Position numbers and translations under genes: made by a program. The notes under the pieces are model-generated. The model did not search any database, was not told the origin of the DNA, and saw only the letters and a program-made list of their open reading frames with translations. Positions 37,883 to 39,285 of a DNA stretch of 39,285 nucleotides are shown piece after piece. Source of the stretch: Gaiellaceae bacterium (lineage in GTDB: Bacteria > Actinomycetota > Thermoleophilia > Gaiellales > Gaiellaceae); the NCBI GenBank assembly GCA_033856995.1, contig JAWVDY010000138.1, positions 1 to 39,285 of the forward strand, read 5' to 3'. Position 1 is the first letter of the stretch. Every line of letters begins with the position of its first letter.

Positions 37883-39145
37883 TTGAGTAACGGAAGCCTC
37901 AACGGGCGGCGTAGGGTCGTGATCACGGGCATCGGCGCGGTCACGCCGCTTGGCAAAGACGCCGAGACGACCTGGCAGAACCTGATCGCGGGCCGCTCGG
38001 GCGCGGGTCCGATCACGCAGTTCGATTCGAGTGGCTACGCGGTCCATTTCGCCTGCGAGGTGAAGGACTTCGACCCAACCGACTACATCGACCGGAAGCA
38101 GGCTCGGCGCATGGACCGCTTCGCGCACCTGGTCGTCGCCGCGGCACGCCAGGCCGAGACCGACTCGGGATTGGACATTGCGGCCGAGCCGGATCGCATC
38201 GGCGCGGCGATTGCCACCGGCATCGGCGGGCTGAAGGCCTTCCAGGATTGCCACAGCGAGCTGCTCGAGCGCGGCCCCGACCGCGTCAACCCCTTCTCGA
38301 TCCCGGAGATCATCCCGAACATGGGCGCCGCCTGGGTGTCGATGCAGCTCGGCACCCAGGGCCCGCTCAGCTCGCAATGCACGGCCTGCGCAGCCTCGAA
38401 CATGGCGATCGGCGACGGCCTCGATGCGATTCGGCTCGGTCGAGCCGACGTGATGCTCTGCGGCGGCACCGAGGCGCCGGTGACCGAGGTCGGGATCGCC
38501 GGCTTCAGCGCGATGCGGGCCCTTTCGCGCCGCAACGACGATCCGGAGGCCGCGAGCAGGCCGTTCGACGCCGCGCGCGACGGGTTCGTGATGGGCGAGG
38601 CCGGCGCGGTCGTGGTACTGGAGGAGCTCGAGCACGCGCGTGCCCGCGGCGCGAACATCCGCGCGGAGCTGCTCGGCTACGGCGTCTCCTCCGACGCGCG
38701 CCACATCACGGAGCCCGACCCGTCCGGCAAGAACCCGGCTCGCGCGATGACGATGGCCTTCGGCGACGCAGGTGTCGACACGAGCGAGATCGACTACATC
38801 AACGCGCACGGCACCTCGACGCCGCTCGGCGACGCGGCCGAGACGCGCGTGATCAAGCTGGCGCTCGGCGAGGAGAACGCGCGTAACACGCCCGTCTCCT
38901 CGACGAAGGGCGCGACCGGCCACTGCCTCGGTGCAGCCGGCGCGGTCGAGGCGATGTTCTCGGTCCTGGCGGTCGAGCGCGGCGTGCTCCCGCCGACGAT
39001 CAACTACGACGACGCGGACCCTGAGTGCGACCTCGACTACATCCCGAACGAGTCGCGCGAGGCAGACGTTCGCACGGCTGTCTCGAACTCCTTCGGCTTC
39101 GGCGGCCACAATGCGACGATCGTGATCCGCCGCTTCGAGGATTAG
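37883..39145 (+). CDS. fabF: Beta-ketoacyl-ACP synthase II
   Basis: The sequence includes RRVVITGIGAVTPLG...SQCTACAASNMAIGDG...DYINAHGTSTPLGD...STKGATGHCLGAAG...SNSFGFGGHNATIVI. The TTG start lies 3 nt after the fabG stop. Confidence 0.92.
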   Translation: MSNGSLNGRRRVVITGIGAVTPLGKDAETTWQNLIAGRSGAGPITQFDSSGYAVHFACEVKDFDPTDYIDRKQARRMDRFAHLVVAAARQAETDSGLDIAAEPDRIGAAIATGIGGLKAFQDCHSELLERGPDRVNPFSIPEIIPNMGAAWVSMQLGTQGPLSSQCTACAASNMAIGDGLDAIRLGRADVMLCGGTEAPVTEVGIAGFSAMRALSRRNDDPEAASRPFDAARDGFVMGEAGAVVVLEELEHARARGANIRAELLGYGVSSDARHITEPDPSGKNPARAMTMAFGDAGVDTSEIDYINAHGTSTPLGDAAETRVIKLALGEENARNTPVSSTKGATGHCLGAAGAVEAMFSVLAVERGVLPPTINYDDADPECDLDYIPNESREADVRTAVSNSFGFGGHNATIVIRRFED

Positions 39146-39285
39146 TCGCAGGCGTCAGCGTAGAACTTCAGGTACTGCGAGAAGTGGGCGTCCCAGTACG
39201 TGCCCTCGTGGCCGCCCGGGGCGTCGTGGAACGTTACGTCCGCGTCGTGCGCACGTTGCTCGCGCGCCAGCTTCGAGGCGGCAGG
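39142..39285 (-). CDS. C-terminal fragment of a putative esterase/alpha-beta hydrolase-like protein (gene continues beyond the right edge)
   Basis: Reverse-strand translation gives ...PAASKLAREQRAHDADVTFHDAPGGHEGTYWDAHFSQYLKFYADACD followed by a stop. GC3 is high. The functional call rests only on weak resemblance to esterase C-termini (GGH..YW). Confidence 0.35.
   Translation of the reverse strand, partial: PAASKLAREQRAHDADVTFHDAPGGHEGTYWDAHFSQYLKFYADACD

Overview
High-GC (about 70%) bacterial chromosome segment covering the replication-origin neighbourhood, with actinobacterial-type synteny. The lineage call is inference from gene order and GC content only. On the minus strand, parB-parA-rsmG-jag-yidC-yidD-rnpA-rpmH (14.5-19.0 kb) diverges from plus-strand dnaA-dnaN-recF-dciA(DUF721)-gyrB-gyrA (19.3-28.6 kb). 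The left flank (0-13 kb) holds cell-envelope genes. These are a partial moeA, a GT2 polyprenol-phosphate glycosyltransferase, a GT4, three GT-C-like integral membrane glycosyltransferases (DUF2079, DUF2029/GT87-like, PIG-V-like), a class A PBP co-operonic with an MscS channel and a DUF2203 gene, an orphan TroA-like lipoprotein, a CPBP protease, an L,D-transpeptidase and chorismate mutase. Between 13.3 and 14.5 kb lie a bifunctional-nuclease-family gene, two small orphan ORFs and a lone tRNA-Ile(GAU). The right flank holds a MerR-like gene, an nfeD-SPFH(stomatin)-galT-like operon, a large amidase_2 cell-wall hydrolase, birA and a fabZ-fabH-fabD-fabG-fabF cluster without acpP. I see no mobile element, CRISPR array, rRNA or recognisable defence system, so this is mostly core housekeeping DNA. 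The points most worth a second look are listed here. (1) Two conserved genes, recF and the galT-like gene, have N-terminal catalytic motifs upstream of any ATG/GTG/TTG and therefore probably start at CTG next to a stop codon. (2) The DUF2203 gene carries a 1-nt frameshift. (3) There are two origin candidates: an inverted DnaA-box pair upstream of dnaA, and a DnaA-box + (CTA)3 DnaA-trio + AT-rich module upstream of dnaN. (4) GyrB carries a proteobacterial-type insertion. (5) Several genes show a recurrent leaderless-type promoter geometry. (6) Helically phased repeats sit upstream of the GT4 gene. Most long ORFs in the supplied track are Arg/Pro/Ala-rich shadow frames of real genes and were rejected.
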